This document shows, piece after piece, positions 1 to 11,900 of a DNA stretch of 64,000 nucleotides. Source of the stretch: Bilabrum cf. latius (taxonomy: Eukaryota); assembly GCA_965178125.1 (NCBI GenBank), contig OZ237747.1, forward strand, positions 186,001 through 250,000, given 5' to 3'. A program made the translations under genes and the position numbers. The stretch's first letter is position 1, and the number at the start of each line of letters is the position of its first letter. The notes under the pieces are model-generated. The model made no database searches, was not told where the DNA came from, and saw only the letters and a list, made by a program, of their open reading frames with translations.

Positions 1-210
1 GCCGAAATCCGACATGAAAACTCACTTATCCTTTAGAGAGCTGCTTTGGTCTCGGCACCAAAAGCCAGCAAGTGTGGCTGGTCGGGAATGGGGTGGTTCG
101 TTCAGCTCTTGGGTTCCTTCTAGGTTCGTTGGGTTCGCTCGCTTCTGTGCGACCGGTTGCGACCGCATGATAGAGGCGAGCACGATTCTAAGCCTGGCAT
201 ACTGAGCGCT

Positions 211-717
211 ATGGAGGAGGACAAAATGAAGGAGCACATAACAGGCTTAGAAGAAACTATCCAAAGCTTGCGTCTACGGCTTCGGCAAGCCCTTGGGCGA
301 GCATGCGAGGCGGAACGCAACGCTCGCCTTGCAGGCGCCGAGCTGACAGCAGTCTTGGCCTACTGCGGTCCAGATCATCCAATTCACCAGATTTTTTCGC
401 AGCCAATCGAAATAAAAGGGAACTTAGAAACGTAGATCCCGCGCAAGCTTACGTTTGACGAGGCTGTTGCAAGTTCAGGCCGGCAGCAGCTGCGTCCGAC
501 ATCCAAGAAGCTCGCCGCCCTTGCTCGTGAGGTAGCCGTATCGCCTCGCAAGGTCGCGGCAGCCAGGGCAATGAAACATCGCGAGGAAATATTCTCTCCA
601 AGCACGACCTCCGGATCTGGAGCTGGTGGCGGTTCGCCAGGGCTGGAGGCGAGCACCGCTGCATCGGTTGAGGTTACGGTGCACTCTGGAGTCGCAGAAA
701 GCGTTGTTCCTGTTTGA
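211..717 (+). CDS. Hypothetical protein with a short N-terminal coiled coil; upstream exons possible
   Basis: The frame of ORF 157..435 continues through TAG (433-435) to TGA at 715-717. It includes MEEDKMKEHITGLEETIQSLRLRLRQ, a heptad-like stretch. Confidence 0.5.
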
Positions 718-910
718 ATATGCAATATTGGTCGACTGTAGGGGCATCGATAGATTCAAGAGGTCTTTGCAGCGCCGAAGGACGTCTCGTTGGCTGTAGG
801 GAAGACTCGAGAGGACGAGCAACGATTGACACTGCGACTGAGACATCGTGGCTGAGTACTCTGCGTATTGATCATAGTGTGATATTAATGTCCTTTTATA
901 TGCAAACAGG

Positions 911-2074
911 TCATGAGCCCCCGGCACCCCCTTTAGCTGCGCCACTGCCAGCCGATCCGGATGCGCCTTTCCCCCCGCGGAAGACTCTGAGACTGAACAC
1001 GTCGAAGGCGTTCACTACTATATGCACGTCGCCAGCCGCGTCCTTATGGAATTGTACGCCAGTCAAAGGGTGGTCGGACACTTCGCATCGGAAGGCCACG
1101 CTCAGCTTGACGCTGCCATCCGCGGCGGGGTCCACCCTCCATACGAGCAGGACGGCGTCCTCTGAAGTGGTCGCAAAAAGGGGCTCGCTGGGGTGTGACG
1201 TCACCGCTGTCACACACCTGCAGTGTGCATCGGCCTTGGCCAGCAGCTTGCCCCGCTTTGCACATGCCACGCGCACCTGCCCCGCGACGTCGGCCACCAG
1301 CAGCGTGCTCCCTTGCAGCGCCACCCCGGCGGCAGGCGCCCCCGTCGGGCTCTTGATGGACGCCAGCACAGAAGGGTGTCCGGCATCTACCATATTCCAG
1401 ATCGCCAAGGTGCCATCCTCGTCGCAAGACGCCAGCAGCTGCTGCCCCGACCCGTCCGTACCAGCTGCAATGCCAACCACTGGAGCCTCGTGACCGCCAG
1501 CCAATACCCGCTGCTGCTTAATCACCGGGGCTTCCCCGTCGCCAAATGCAACGGAAAACTCGAATACGCTGCCTGTGGAAGAGCCAATGTAGATCAAGCC
1601 AGCAGAGGCGTTGTACGCGATGCCGGCGCAGAATGCCGCGCGCCGGCCGCTCGCACCAGTCAAGCTTGCAGGAATAACGAAGGAGTGCGCAAGTCTGCTA
1701 TTGAGCCAAAACTATGCACCCTGGGACATCGCAACGACAAGGATGTTCTTGCCCCCGATCGGACAGAAGCACGTTTGGGAGACACCGCCTCTGTGCGGAG
1801 ACGACGGCAGTTTCGTAGAAGAGGCTGTTCGGCTCTCGTCCCCGATGTGCTCGCTCGAAATTTTGTGAACCTAATTGTCATGCACGAATGCCTGCGGTCG
1901 GTGCCATTGAATCAACTCAGCGCAGATTGCCTGTATGCGGCAGCGTGACTACAGTTGCACAGGTGGATTGACCCGACTTACCAGCTCTGAGTCCGATATT
2001 GTCAAGTTAGTGGGCAGCATCGACGGCGTCGTATTTATTCTAATGCTCTGCACATTCTCCTTGCTGTACGACAT
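911..2074 (-). CDS. WDR54: WD40-repeat protein, WDR54-like; exons 2074-1982 and 1891-911
   Basis: The intron at 1892-1981 runs gtaagt...cgcag. Joined protein: MSYSKENVQSIRINTTPSMLPTNLTI..AFVHDN[TAG]V..VSQTCFCPIGGKNILVVAMSQGA[TAG]FW..AAFCAGIA..GGHEAPVVGIA..AHCRCVTAV..SEDAVLLVW. This matches the WDR54 motif order as I remember it (ITQVHWC..LVLTSHRGIQMY..VFARGIA). TGA stop. Confidence 0.8.
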
Positions 2075-2288
2075 CGGGACGGTATTATTTTGAGGCCCAA
2101 GGTCGGGGCCTTTGTGATTTGTACAGTGCAATTCTAGAGCTGCAGTGCAATGATAAGTAGTGATTGCACTCCTTGTTCTATATACCTCTCTCAAAATGGC
2201 TGTAGGGGTTCCGGAGTCCGATATACACCTGCGATTAGTATTGGTTAGTATATGAAGCGAATGGTCGGGCAATTTAATAGCAATTAAT

Positions 2289-4627
2289 ATGTTTTTTTGG
2301 GTTGATCTGGCCTATCATAATGTGATTGCATTGCTTGAATCTAATGCCAGCATTTCGTAGGGTAACGACATCTATCAAGGCGTCAGGAAATCCCGGGTCC
2401 TCATGGTGGGATCTGGTGGAATCGGTGAGGGCTTGATCAGATGCTACGGCTTTCAAATTCTCCGCTGCGCATTACGGTCACATTTGATGGGCCTGGCAAG
2501 ACTTGCGCAGGTTGCGAGCTCGCGAAGGACCTTGTTCAGACAGGATATCGCGATTTAGAGTTCATTGATCTTGATACAATCGATGTGTCCAATTTGAATC
2601 GGCAGTTTCTCTTCCGACCAGAGCACGTCGGCAAGGCGAAGGCGAGCGTCGCAGCCGAGACCGTGTAGCGCTTCGCACCGGCCGGCTCCAAGATATGTGC
2701 TCACCACTCGAACATCATGCTCCCAAAGTTTAGTCGCGACTACTTTGCTGGCTTCGATTTGGTGATCAACGGACTGGACAACGCCGCCGCCCGCCGGCAC
2801 GTCAACCGCATGGTCCTCGCGGCAAGGAGGCCCCTCGTGGAGGCTGGCTCCACGGGGTACAACGGGCAGGCGCAGGAGATCCGGCGAGGCATCACAGAGT
2901 GTTATGAATGCTTCCCCCCTCCCGCGCCGAAATCGTATCCGATCTGCACCATCCGACAGACCCCCGACAAGCCTGTGCACTGCATCGTGTGGGCGCAGGA
3001 GGCCTTCAAGCTCCTCTTCGGGGACAAAGACGCAAGCATGCTCGTTGAGCCGGAGGAAGGGTCCGTCTACATGGCCAACTGCAAGCCGCCCACTCTGCCG
3101 GCCGACTCCGGTGCAGGAAGCAGCGGAGATGCTGCATCAGCAGCAGCAGCCTAGGCGGACATGCCTGCAGCAGCAGCAGCTGCAGCTGCAGCACAGGGCG
3201 AGGGAAGCAGGCGGGAAGCTGCCGTGGCATGGGCCGCCGGTGTGTTCGAGGGCCTGTTCCACAACGAGCTGGCGCACAAGCTGAGGAACAACCCGGACGC
3301 GTTCAAGACGGCCAAACGAAAGCCAACCCCGTTAATGCTGCGGGTCCTCCTCGGTGTCGAGGCAGACGCAGCCGCGCCACAGTCACCCTCTTCCTCCTCT
3401 TCCTCCTCTTCTGCTGCTACTGTTGCTGCTGCTACGGGTTCATCATCGTCTGCCAGCACCGAGCCCCCGGCATTTGACGTGGCCACTGCCCGCCGCGCCG
3501 CTGCAGAAGCTTCCACAACGTCGTGGGCGGGGATCTGCCAGAGGGTCCCCAGCGCCCGCGAGTGCGCCTGCAAGTTCGTCGATGCCACCGCCCGCATGGC
3601 CTTGGATCGCCTCGACGCATTCGGGGGCCTCTCCTTTGACAAGGACGACGCCCTCGCCATGGAGTGGGTGACGGCCACCGCCAACCTGCGGGCACTCACC
3701 TTCGGGATCCCGCTGACCTCTCCTTGGGACTGCAAGAGCATCGCAGGGAACATCATACCCGCCATCGCAACTACGAACGCGATCGTGGCGGCGCTGGAGA
3801 CGGGCATCGCCCTGCGGATCACTGCGCGGGCCCTGGACGAGGGCAAGCAGCAGCAGCAGAGGGAGGGGGAGGGGGAGGCATTGGGCGGGGGGAAGAAAGG
3901 GGGGTCTAGCCACCCTTTGCTCTCGCAAGTGTCCCTGACTCCCCCCGACAAAGGGGTGCACGTGGCTGTCGCCAAGGCGCTCTCGTCCCTGGGCGCCTGC
4001 GTGCGGCCGGGCGCGTGCAGGGGCCCGAGGGCCTCGTGCTTCGTGTGCGGGTCCAACGAGGTGGAGCTGCGGATCGACACGGGGGTGAGGACCCTGCGGT
4101 TCCTGGTGCACGACGTGCTGATGCGTCGCATGGGCTTCGTGGCCCCCCTGCTGGACAACAACGTGGAGTTCTCGTTCATCGAGGAACGGGAGGACGACGA
4201 GGACGACGAGGAGTACGAGCAGAAGATGGGCTTCCTGGACGTGCCCTTGCAGGGCCTGGTGGGAGGGGGCATCCATGGGGGCACGGTGCTGTCTGTCACA
4301 GACATGAGGCAGGACCTGACGGTGCGGATCTTCGTGCGGCATGCCACTAGCGGGGACCTCAACCCGGCGGGGGCGGGGGCGGGGGCGGGGGCAAAGGAGG
4401 GGGGTGGGGAGTCGAAGGAAGAAGAAGGTGATGAGTAGGAGGAAGTTTTGTTTGAGATTTGCCCCCTGGGATCATCCTCTCCAGCGAAGGCAAGGGCTGG
4501 CGGCGACGCAGGGACGGGGCCAGAGGGCCCGCTGGCCGCTGCGACGGCCGGCCAGAAGCGAGCAGCAACCGAAGAAGCCAGCGGCGAGGACGGCGGGCAC
4601 GATGCGAAGCGGCCTCGTAGCGAATGA
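2289..4627 (+). CDS. UBA2: SUMO-activating enzyme subunit 2 (UBA2/SAE2); start uncertain
   Basis: [15 protein letters not shown] is joined across the intron at 2425-2510 (gtgagg...cgcag). Motifs: [24 protein letters not shown], catalytic [36 protein letters not shown]. In-frame TAG at 2666, 3152 and 4436, and at 2358 if the ATG at 2289 is the start. TGA at 4625-4627. Confidence 0.92.
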
Positions 4628-4768
4628 GGTGAAGGGCAGAGAGCCCGGTGCGACACGTCGGCCTGAGTTGTCGAATTTTTGTCTCCCACAAGCGTGCAAC
4701 GTAGCCATCCATTGCGTATTTCACTCGACTTGGTATCGCCTGGATTAATCTGCTTCCCAATCCCAAGG

Positions 4769-7534
4769 ATGATTGGTTTGTTGTCATTCTTAGGTGTTCT
4801 ATCGTCTCTTGCGAACGGGCAGTGCCCGAACTCGCTGCCGGGGGAGCACGACGGCCTGGACTTTCCGGACGTTGGGCCAGCATTTGCGCGACGCACGCAG
4901 GATCTACAAGGTCAGACAGTGTAGTTGGGGAACGATGAACCGCCAAAGAACGTCAGCTGTGCCATGCGCAAGCTCGCTGTGGACTTTTCTGAGTACATTC
5001 TGGGCAGCACCGCCGCAAGCGGAGCGATCGCGCACGCGCTGAACGTGACCGATGACTGCAGCGGCTACGTCGGCACAGAGAAGGATAAGTACACGCAAGG
5101 CAATGGCTAGGCGAGCTTTGCCCCAGGCGGCCGACGCACCGTGGACGGATCCTTCCTGCTGCGATCCGAGGCACCAGCTGGTGGCCTTCGCGGCGCGGTG
5201 AGCAAGTACATCGACGCATCCAAAGGCAACGACAACAATGATGGGTCCTAGGATCACCCATGGGCCACCATTGCCCGCGCCGTCGAGTGGCTGAAGGCGA
5301 CGCCGCCCTCGCAGCGGCCCGATGGTGCTAACATTTTGCTCGCCCCCGGAACCTACGTGCAGAGCGAGCCGCTCTCCATCCCAGAGCAGGCGGGCGGCTC
5401 CTCTGCTAGCGCCCCGGTCGTGTTCCAGGGCACGGGGGCGTCCCCTTCGGATGTAGTGATCACCGGGGCCATGCCTGCCGGAGGCCTCGCGTGGCAGCCC
5501 ATGCCCGACGGCACCTCGGGCGGCTACTGCGCCTCGCTCCCCGCTGCCGTGCTGGAGGCCATCAAGGCGACCAAGGAGCCCGTGCGGGCCCTGCACCTGA
5601 ACCAGTCCCGCTACTGGCCGGCTCGCTGGCCCAACGCGGACCCCAACAAGTACTGCAGCCCCTTCAACCAGCCCCCGGGGGGTTGCCCAGGCCTCCTCAA
5701 CGCCGACAAGAGCAGGTCCTCCCGTGGTGACTCCTCCCAGGCGACCGCGGTGCCGGCCACAGTGGCGCTGATCAACGACCGCACGGGGGCCACCATGGCC
5801 ACCGGCCCCTGGTCCTCGTCGCACTCGTCACACCGGGACGGGCTCCGGCCCATCAACGTGTCGGCCCCTTCGCCGGTGTGGGACGGGCCCAAGGGGACGT
5901 GCACAGGGAACACGGGATGGACGGGGCCCTCGGTGGCGCGCTTCCTGCCGGACCCTCCGACGTTCTGGAGGACAGCTGTTCCGTCCTACTTCCACTACTG
6001 CGCGGCGGGCTCGCAGGACTGTCCCTCCCGCGCGGGGCAGTGGAGCAACGTGCAGGACGTGCAGGTGCACATGTACCATCCCTCTGGATGGGGCGGGTGG
6101 GTCTACCGCATCGCGGAGGGCGGGCTGGACGTGTCCTCCCAGCTGGTCAACTTTTCCTCGGGAGGCTACTAGGAGGCGAGGGGCGGAGGGATCGGGAGCA
6201 ACGCGTACTACTTCGCCAACGTGCGAGAGGAGCTGGACGATGCCGGGGAGTTCTACGTGGACGGGAGCAAGGGGGAGCTGTGCGTCGTTGTTCCTCAGGG
6301 AACAAACATCAACGCCGCGGAGGTGAGCATTCCCCTGGCCAAGGAGCTGGTGGTGGTGCAGGCGGACAACGTGCGGATCCAGGGGATGTCGTTTACGGGC
6401 ACCGCCCCGGTGTACCTCTCTGGCCAGTACGTTGTGCCGTCCGGCGGGGACTACAGCATCGACAAGCGGGGGGCCGTGCACATCGACGGGGCCACGAACG
6501 TGCAGGTGTCTGGCAGCGTGTTCCACCTTCTGGAGGGGACCGGCCTGATGGTCACGGGGGGCACGAGGTTCAGCGGCGTGAGCAACTCGCAGTTCAGCTC
6601 GCTTGGTGAGAACGGGGTGGGAATCGTGGGGACCTGCGAGGGGCTGGATTGCACCAAGGGCACTCACCCCGTGGGCTTTAAGGTGGAGCAGTGCCTCATC
6701 TCGGACTGGGGCGTGTGGGGCAAGCAGACGTCTGCTGTGTTCCAGAGCGTGGCGCGTGCGAGCGTGATCGACCGAGTGGTCGCGTTCGGCGGGCCCCGCA
6801 ACGGCATCAACTTCAACGACGGGCTCGGTGGCGGCACGGTCCTCACTCGCACGCTGGGGTTCAACTCAGTGCTGGAGACCTCGGACAACGGGTGGCTCAA
6901 CACCTGGGACCGGCAGCCCTACGCCTTCACCGCCGATCCGGAGGCCAGAGCCACCGGAGGGGGAGCGGGCTCGGTGCTGACGTGCGTGCCCGACTTCTAC
7001 CAGGTATCCCGCAACTTTGTCTTCCGCGGCAACTACCAGGACTTTGGGATCTCCAACAACATCTACAACCTCGACAACGACGACGGTTCCTCGCGGTTCC
7101 AGCACAGCAACAACGTGCTGGTGGGTGGCCCCATCAAGTTCAGGGACGGGAAGGACAAGCACTCCCAGGGCAACCTGGTGGTGTACCCCGACTATGAGCA
7201 GCCCTACGCCCAGGCATTTCAGGTCAACGGCTTCGAGTCGGACTCCTTCACCAACAACACCCTGGTGAGCGCCACCGGGCAGCCATACGGCTTCTGCGCG
7301 GGGCTGAAGACCAAGAACGCAACCGCCACGGGGCCGCTTACCGCGAACAACACCTTTGTGACGCCGATGGATCCCAGCCTTCCCTTCAGCAACGGTGGCT
7401 GCGGCGGCGCGGACGTGAAGAGCCTCAAGGCCTGGCAGGCCTTGGGGTTCGACAAGGGCACCAGGCAGACGGATGAGTTCAGCATCGACTGGCTGGTGGC
7501 GCAGGCCAGGGCGAGGCTCTGGGCGGGGGAGTGA
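4769..7534 (+). CDS. Secreted right-handed parallel beta-helix (pectin-lyase-fold) protein, about 921 aa
   Basis: One frame runs across 4 TAGs (4922, 5108, 5249, 6170). It has the signal peptide MIGLLSFLGVLSSLANG and the motifs YIDASKGNDNNDGS[Q]DHPWATIARA, WPARWPN, GGY[Q]EARG, YFANVREELDDAGEFY, GPRNGINFNDGLGGG, NTWDRQPY and LDNDDGSS. Confidence 0.8.
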
Positions 7535-7704
7535 GGCGGGCGATCCGAATGGAGGGCGCTGATGCTCTGGCAGCGCGAACGGGTTCCGGGTGGATCTCAT
7601 CGTGAGAGCTCGCTGCGCGTCATACCGATCAGCGCGCCTTGCGTTTCTAGAAAAAGTTCACAGCTCAACAAATTCAATTAGACTCGCTTTTATCGTTCAT
7701 ATTT

Positions 7705-8778
7705 ATGATAGCTCGCAGCGCTAGCCACGCGCTGGTCCGGTAGATGTGTGTACAGTTGCGAAGTGCAACTGTTGGACGGGGAGCCTTCTTGCAGCCAGCT
7801 CCGCCTTTTAGGCACCTGTCCACAAGCGCCAATGATGCAGAATAGGCCCGATAGTAGTACGAGAAAGACGGGTACTGCATCCTCCGTGGTGTTCTGGACG
7901 AAGATACCATTCGAGAGGCGCAGCAGCACGTGAACTGGCTAAGGAAAAGATTTACGAACATACCGGGAGAGCATTTGCATCACCACATCATGCGAAACGA
8001 TCCTTTTTGGGTCAGGCTTGTAAGCGACCCTAGGCTCATTCGAACAGCAGCGGCAGTGATGCCGTGCTTCGAAGACGACGGCAACAACGGCGGAGGCGTA
8101 GCACTTTTCTCGAGCCACTATTTCTGTAAGGATCCTGGGTCAACGCAAGCTGTTCTTTGGCATTCGGATGGAAGCTATTGGCCCCAACTGGAGCCAATGG
8201 ACAAGGTGGCGACGCTCTGGCTCGCGATCGACTCCTCCGACCGCGAGAATGGCTGCCTCCGAGTGGTGCCCGGCTCGCACCACTGGCCATTGCGCAGCCT
8301 CACCGACGACACGACCGAAAGCAACGTACTTGGCTCTCGCACTCATGCGGACGACGAGATCGACGAGTCGGAAGTGGTGGACCTGGAGCTGGCCCCTGGC
8401 GACGTCAGCATGCACCACCCCAGCCTCATCCACGGGTCGCTGCCGAACCGCTCCACCCGCAGGCGGTGCGGACTCACGATCCGCTACATGACTGCAGACA
8501 CGCACTGCACCGATCAAGACCAACCCGTGATGATGATGCGAGGCTCCCCGCACCCTGGCACCCCAAATGCGTATCGGTCCTGGCCGGCATTCAGGGGACA
8601 GGAGGACCCCGAGGCGTACTACGCGTTCGAGGGGTGTGACGAGTGGAACGACGGGCGGCGGCGGGAGGGTGCCGCAGAGGAGGAGTACCTCTTGCGCGCG
8701 CCTGTCGATCAACTGCATCACGAGGTCAAGTCAGGCCTCGAGTCGTTCGTGCGAGGGCTGGGCGGGCACGTCGGCTGA
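7705..8778 (+). CDS. Phytanoyl-CoA dioxygenase (PhyH) family Fe(II)/2OG dioxygenase with a putative mitochondrial presequence, about 357 aa
   Basis: Motifs: WHSDGSYW (HxD), TLWLAIDSSDRENGCLRVVPGSH, LAPGDVSMHH and HGSLPNRSTRRRCGLTIRY. The N-terminal AE[TAG]AR[TAG][TAG]YEKDGYCILRGVL matches the family EQ..Q(F/Y)..DGY start. The Arg/Ser-rich leader ends in RHLST. Confidence 0.88.
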
Positions 8779-8906
8779 TGCGTGGATACATCGATGCGTG
8801 GATGCAGCGACACACCAGAGAGCCTTAATAGTGTTCAGACCTACTGCACAGTAATACTGACATGTAAATTCGCTATGGGCATGCATGCATGCTGGGGCTT
8901 GCATCA

Positions 8907-11900
8907 TCACCGCCATCTCCTCGTGCCCTGCCTGCTGGCCTGCCGCAGCTGCACCCCCACGTTCACACTGGACCTGTTCCCCGCCCGACTGCCTCCCCCC
9001 CCAAGACCCCCCAGGCTCTGCAGAGACCCAGACATAGATAGCGAACCGCTGGCAGTTGCGGGCCGGGAGCCCGCCATCGCTCCACCGTGACCGAGACCAT
9101 GACCCGCTCCAAGACCATGACCCGCTCCAAGACCATGACCCGCTGCCTCGAGCTCGGCGCGGAACATGCCCCGGCCTGACGCGGCAAGAAACGCGACCGA
9201 TGGATCCACAGCCGCAGACAGTGCCCCGGCTCCGGCTCCGGCTCCGGCCCTCATTCCTTGCGAGGTGCTGCCCCGCAGAGGGGACAGCTAGCCCCCAGAT
9301 GCACCCCCCACCACGCTTCCCGCACCCCAGGCAGCCACCGGCCCCGCCCCGGTTCGACCCTCACCGACCTGGCCGCCCTTCTCGCGCCCCCGCCTCCGCC
9401 CCCGACTCGCGCCGAGACCCGCGGCAGACTGGGACCGGTGCACGCTCCGGCCAGAGGCTATCGGTGGCATGCCGCGCCTGGGCTCAGGCTCCAGCTCGAG
9501 TCCAGGCGGGATCCTGGCCCCGGCTCGCATGTGGGCAGCACGCCGGCGCTGCGATGGGGTGCGAACCGGACTGCGAGCCAGAGCCGGCGTGCCGCCAGGC
9601 TTGCGGCCGGCCCGCCCGGCTCGCTGCGGCGAGGTGGGGGCGGAGAGGGATGAGGGAGAAGAGGGGGCAGATGCCGGATCGGGGTCCTCCCCTCCGTCTC
9701 GGCTCGAGCCCGTCTTGACGTCGCCCGATACAACGGCCCGCCGCACGGTGAGGCTGCTGACACCCCAGAGGTCCTGCTGCGTGGCACCGCTGCCAGTCCC
9801 CATGGCGGCGATCGCGGGGTGCGGCCCAGGCATGCCCAGCGTGCGCCGCATGCGCGCGCTCTCCCTCGCCTGCTCCTCCACCCGCAGCACGGCGCTGCCT
9901 GGACGCTTGCCCTCTCGCCCGTCCGATTGGCCCGCGCTGCCTCTGTCATTGGCGGCTGTCTGCTTTGCCTCGCCGGAGCCGGATGCTGCTGCGCGTGGCA
10001 TTGATGGGGCTGGGCCCGTCGCTCTGGCGAATGATCCCCGGACGCGGCCCGCTGATGCACTCAGCGGCCTGCCCCTGATGCGGCCCCGCAGCGGCGAGGA
10101 CTGCATCACAAACCGGTCAGGCTCCGCGTCCTGCCCCCTTGCACTGCCACTGCCACTGCCGCTGCCGCTACCGCTACCGCTGCTGCCGCCCCCTCGGCTC
10201 GCCCCCGAGATGCCACCCTCTGCGCCTGCGCCTGCCCGCTTGGCCCGCCTTGCGAGGGCAAGGTCCATCCGCTGCAGCGTGATGGCCAGCTACTGCTGAG
10301 ACCTCTCCACGAACTCGTGCAGCTCGCGCGAGTGTTCCCTGGCATCGGGCACCTCGGGGAGAGCCATGTCCAGCTCCTCGTGCATCGCACGGGAGGCCTC
10401 GGCAGCAGCTGCCAGCCCCGCCGGTGACATCGGCGAAGCAGCCCCCGAGCGGGTGCCGCGAGTTGGTGACCCCCCGCCCGTGTGCTTGGGACTAGGGAAA
10501 GGCTTCGTGAGCCGCGTCAGGTGCTCCAGCTCGGACCCCTCGGGGGCCAGAGGCGGCTGCGGCTCCTCTCGCGCGTCGACCAGTCGCCCCGCACCGGGGT
10601 GCCTGCTGGTGGGGGCCCCTGCCGCCGCGGGTGCATGCGCCGCGCCCAAGGTGGGGCTCGGGATGATTTCGCGCTCCAGCTCGAGCAGCCCGCGAGCCGA
10701 GAATCGACGCATGGCAGGGGCGGACCTCGGGCGCCGCGGCCGCGATTCGTCTGGAACGACAGCTCTGTGCTCATCGTCTAGAACGTCAGCTCTGTGCTTA
10801 TTGTCTGCGTGCAGCTCTGGGGACTGTTCCCACTGCTGCGAGCCCTACTACGCCTCTGGTGCTGGTGCTGGTGCTGGTGCTGGTGCTGGTGCTGGTGCTG
10901 GTGCTTGTCCCCCATCCATGCGAGGTGTGGCAGCCTGAACCAGCCCAGACGGCGATTCTTGCGCTTCTGCAACGCGAGCCATCAGACCCTCGGTGCCTGC
11001 GTCGCCACCCTGCGGTTCACGGTGCCTGCCCGCACCGAGCACGGACATTTCCAGGAAATCGCCGGGACCCATCCCCACCCTGTTGGTGCCTGTCCTGGCG
11101 CCATCACCGCCCCCACCCATGCTGCCGCCTGCGCCTCGCAGACCAGGAGTCTCCGCCAGCTGCCGCCTCGCAGACCCAAGCAGCCCGCTGCCCGCCGCCC
11201 CAGCCCCCGCCTCTGCAGCAGGCGCGGGCAGGAGACCCAGGGACACGGAGGGTGGCCAGGCCAGCCCACCGGCGTCCATCTCCCCCTCGTCGTCTCCCTG
11301 CCCCACGGATGTGGCGGGCCTCCGCCGGGATCCGCTCCTACGGCTGAAGATGGGGCGGTCGGGAGCGGCCGCCCCGCGGGGCAGGCCCATGTCCACCCGG
11401 GTGGAGCGCACTGCGGTGCCCAGCCGCCGCGCCTCGCGCCTGTCGTATGCCTCCTCCCGGCGCTTGGCTCGCAGCAGCGCGCGAATCCCCATGCCACCAG
11501 CGGTCACGGGGCGGCTGCTACCACCCCCACCCCCACCCCCACCCCCACCGCCGCTGCTGGTGCTGGAGGCTCCGCCAGGGCCACCATGCCTGGTCTGCCG
11601 CATCTGTCTGCGGATGAGCTCGACCTCGTCAGCGTCCGACGCGCCTGCGCCTCCCCCCGGTGCGGCCGCCCTGCTCGACTGCGCGGCCTGCCTCAGTCGC
11701 CTGGCCTCGGCCTCCTTCTTCTCCCGCGCCACCCGCTCCCGCAGCAGCTGCCTCCTGACGTGTGTGTCCATCGAGCGCAGGCCTCGCGTCCACCGGAAGC
11801 GCTTGCGCATGCGGAACGCACGCTGCACCAGCCTCACTGCCCGCAGCACGCTGGTGGGCTGCCGCAGAAGCAGGCCCACGTGCACGGATTTCTGCGCCAG

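Noticed and set aside
3151-4896. Long antisense or alternative-frame ORFs (for example 3151..4896 -, 10794..12305 +, 28497..30188 +, 61473..62687 -)
   Set aside because: They are shadows of GC-rich coding sequence on the opposite strand or in another frame and have no family motifs.
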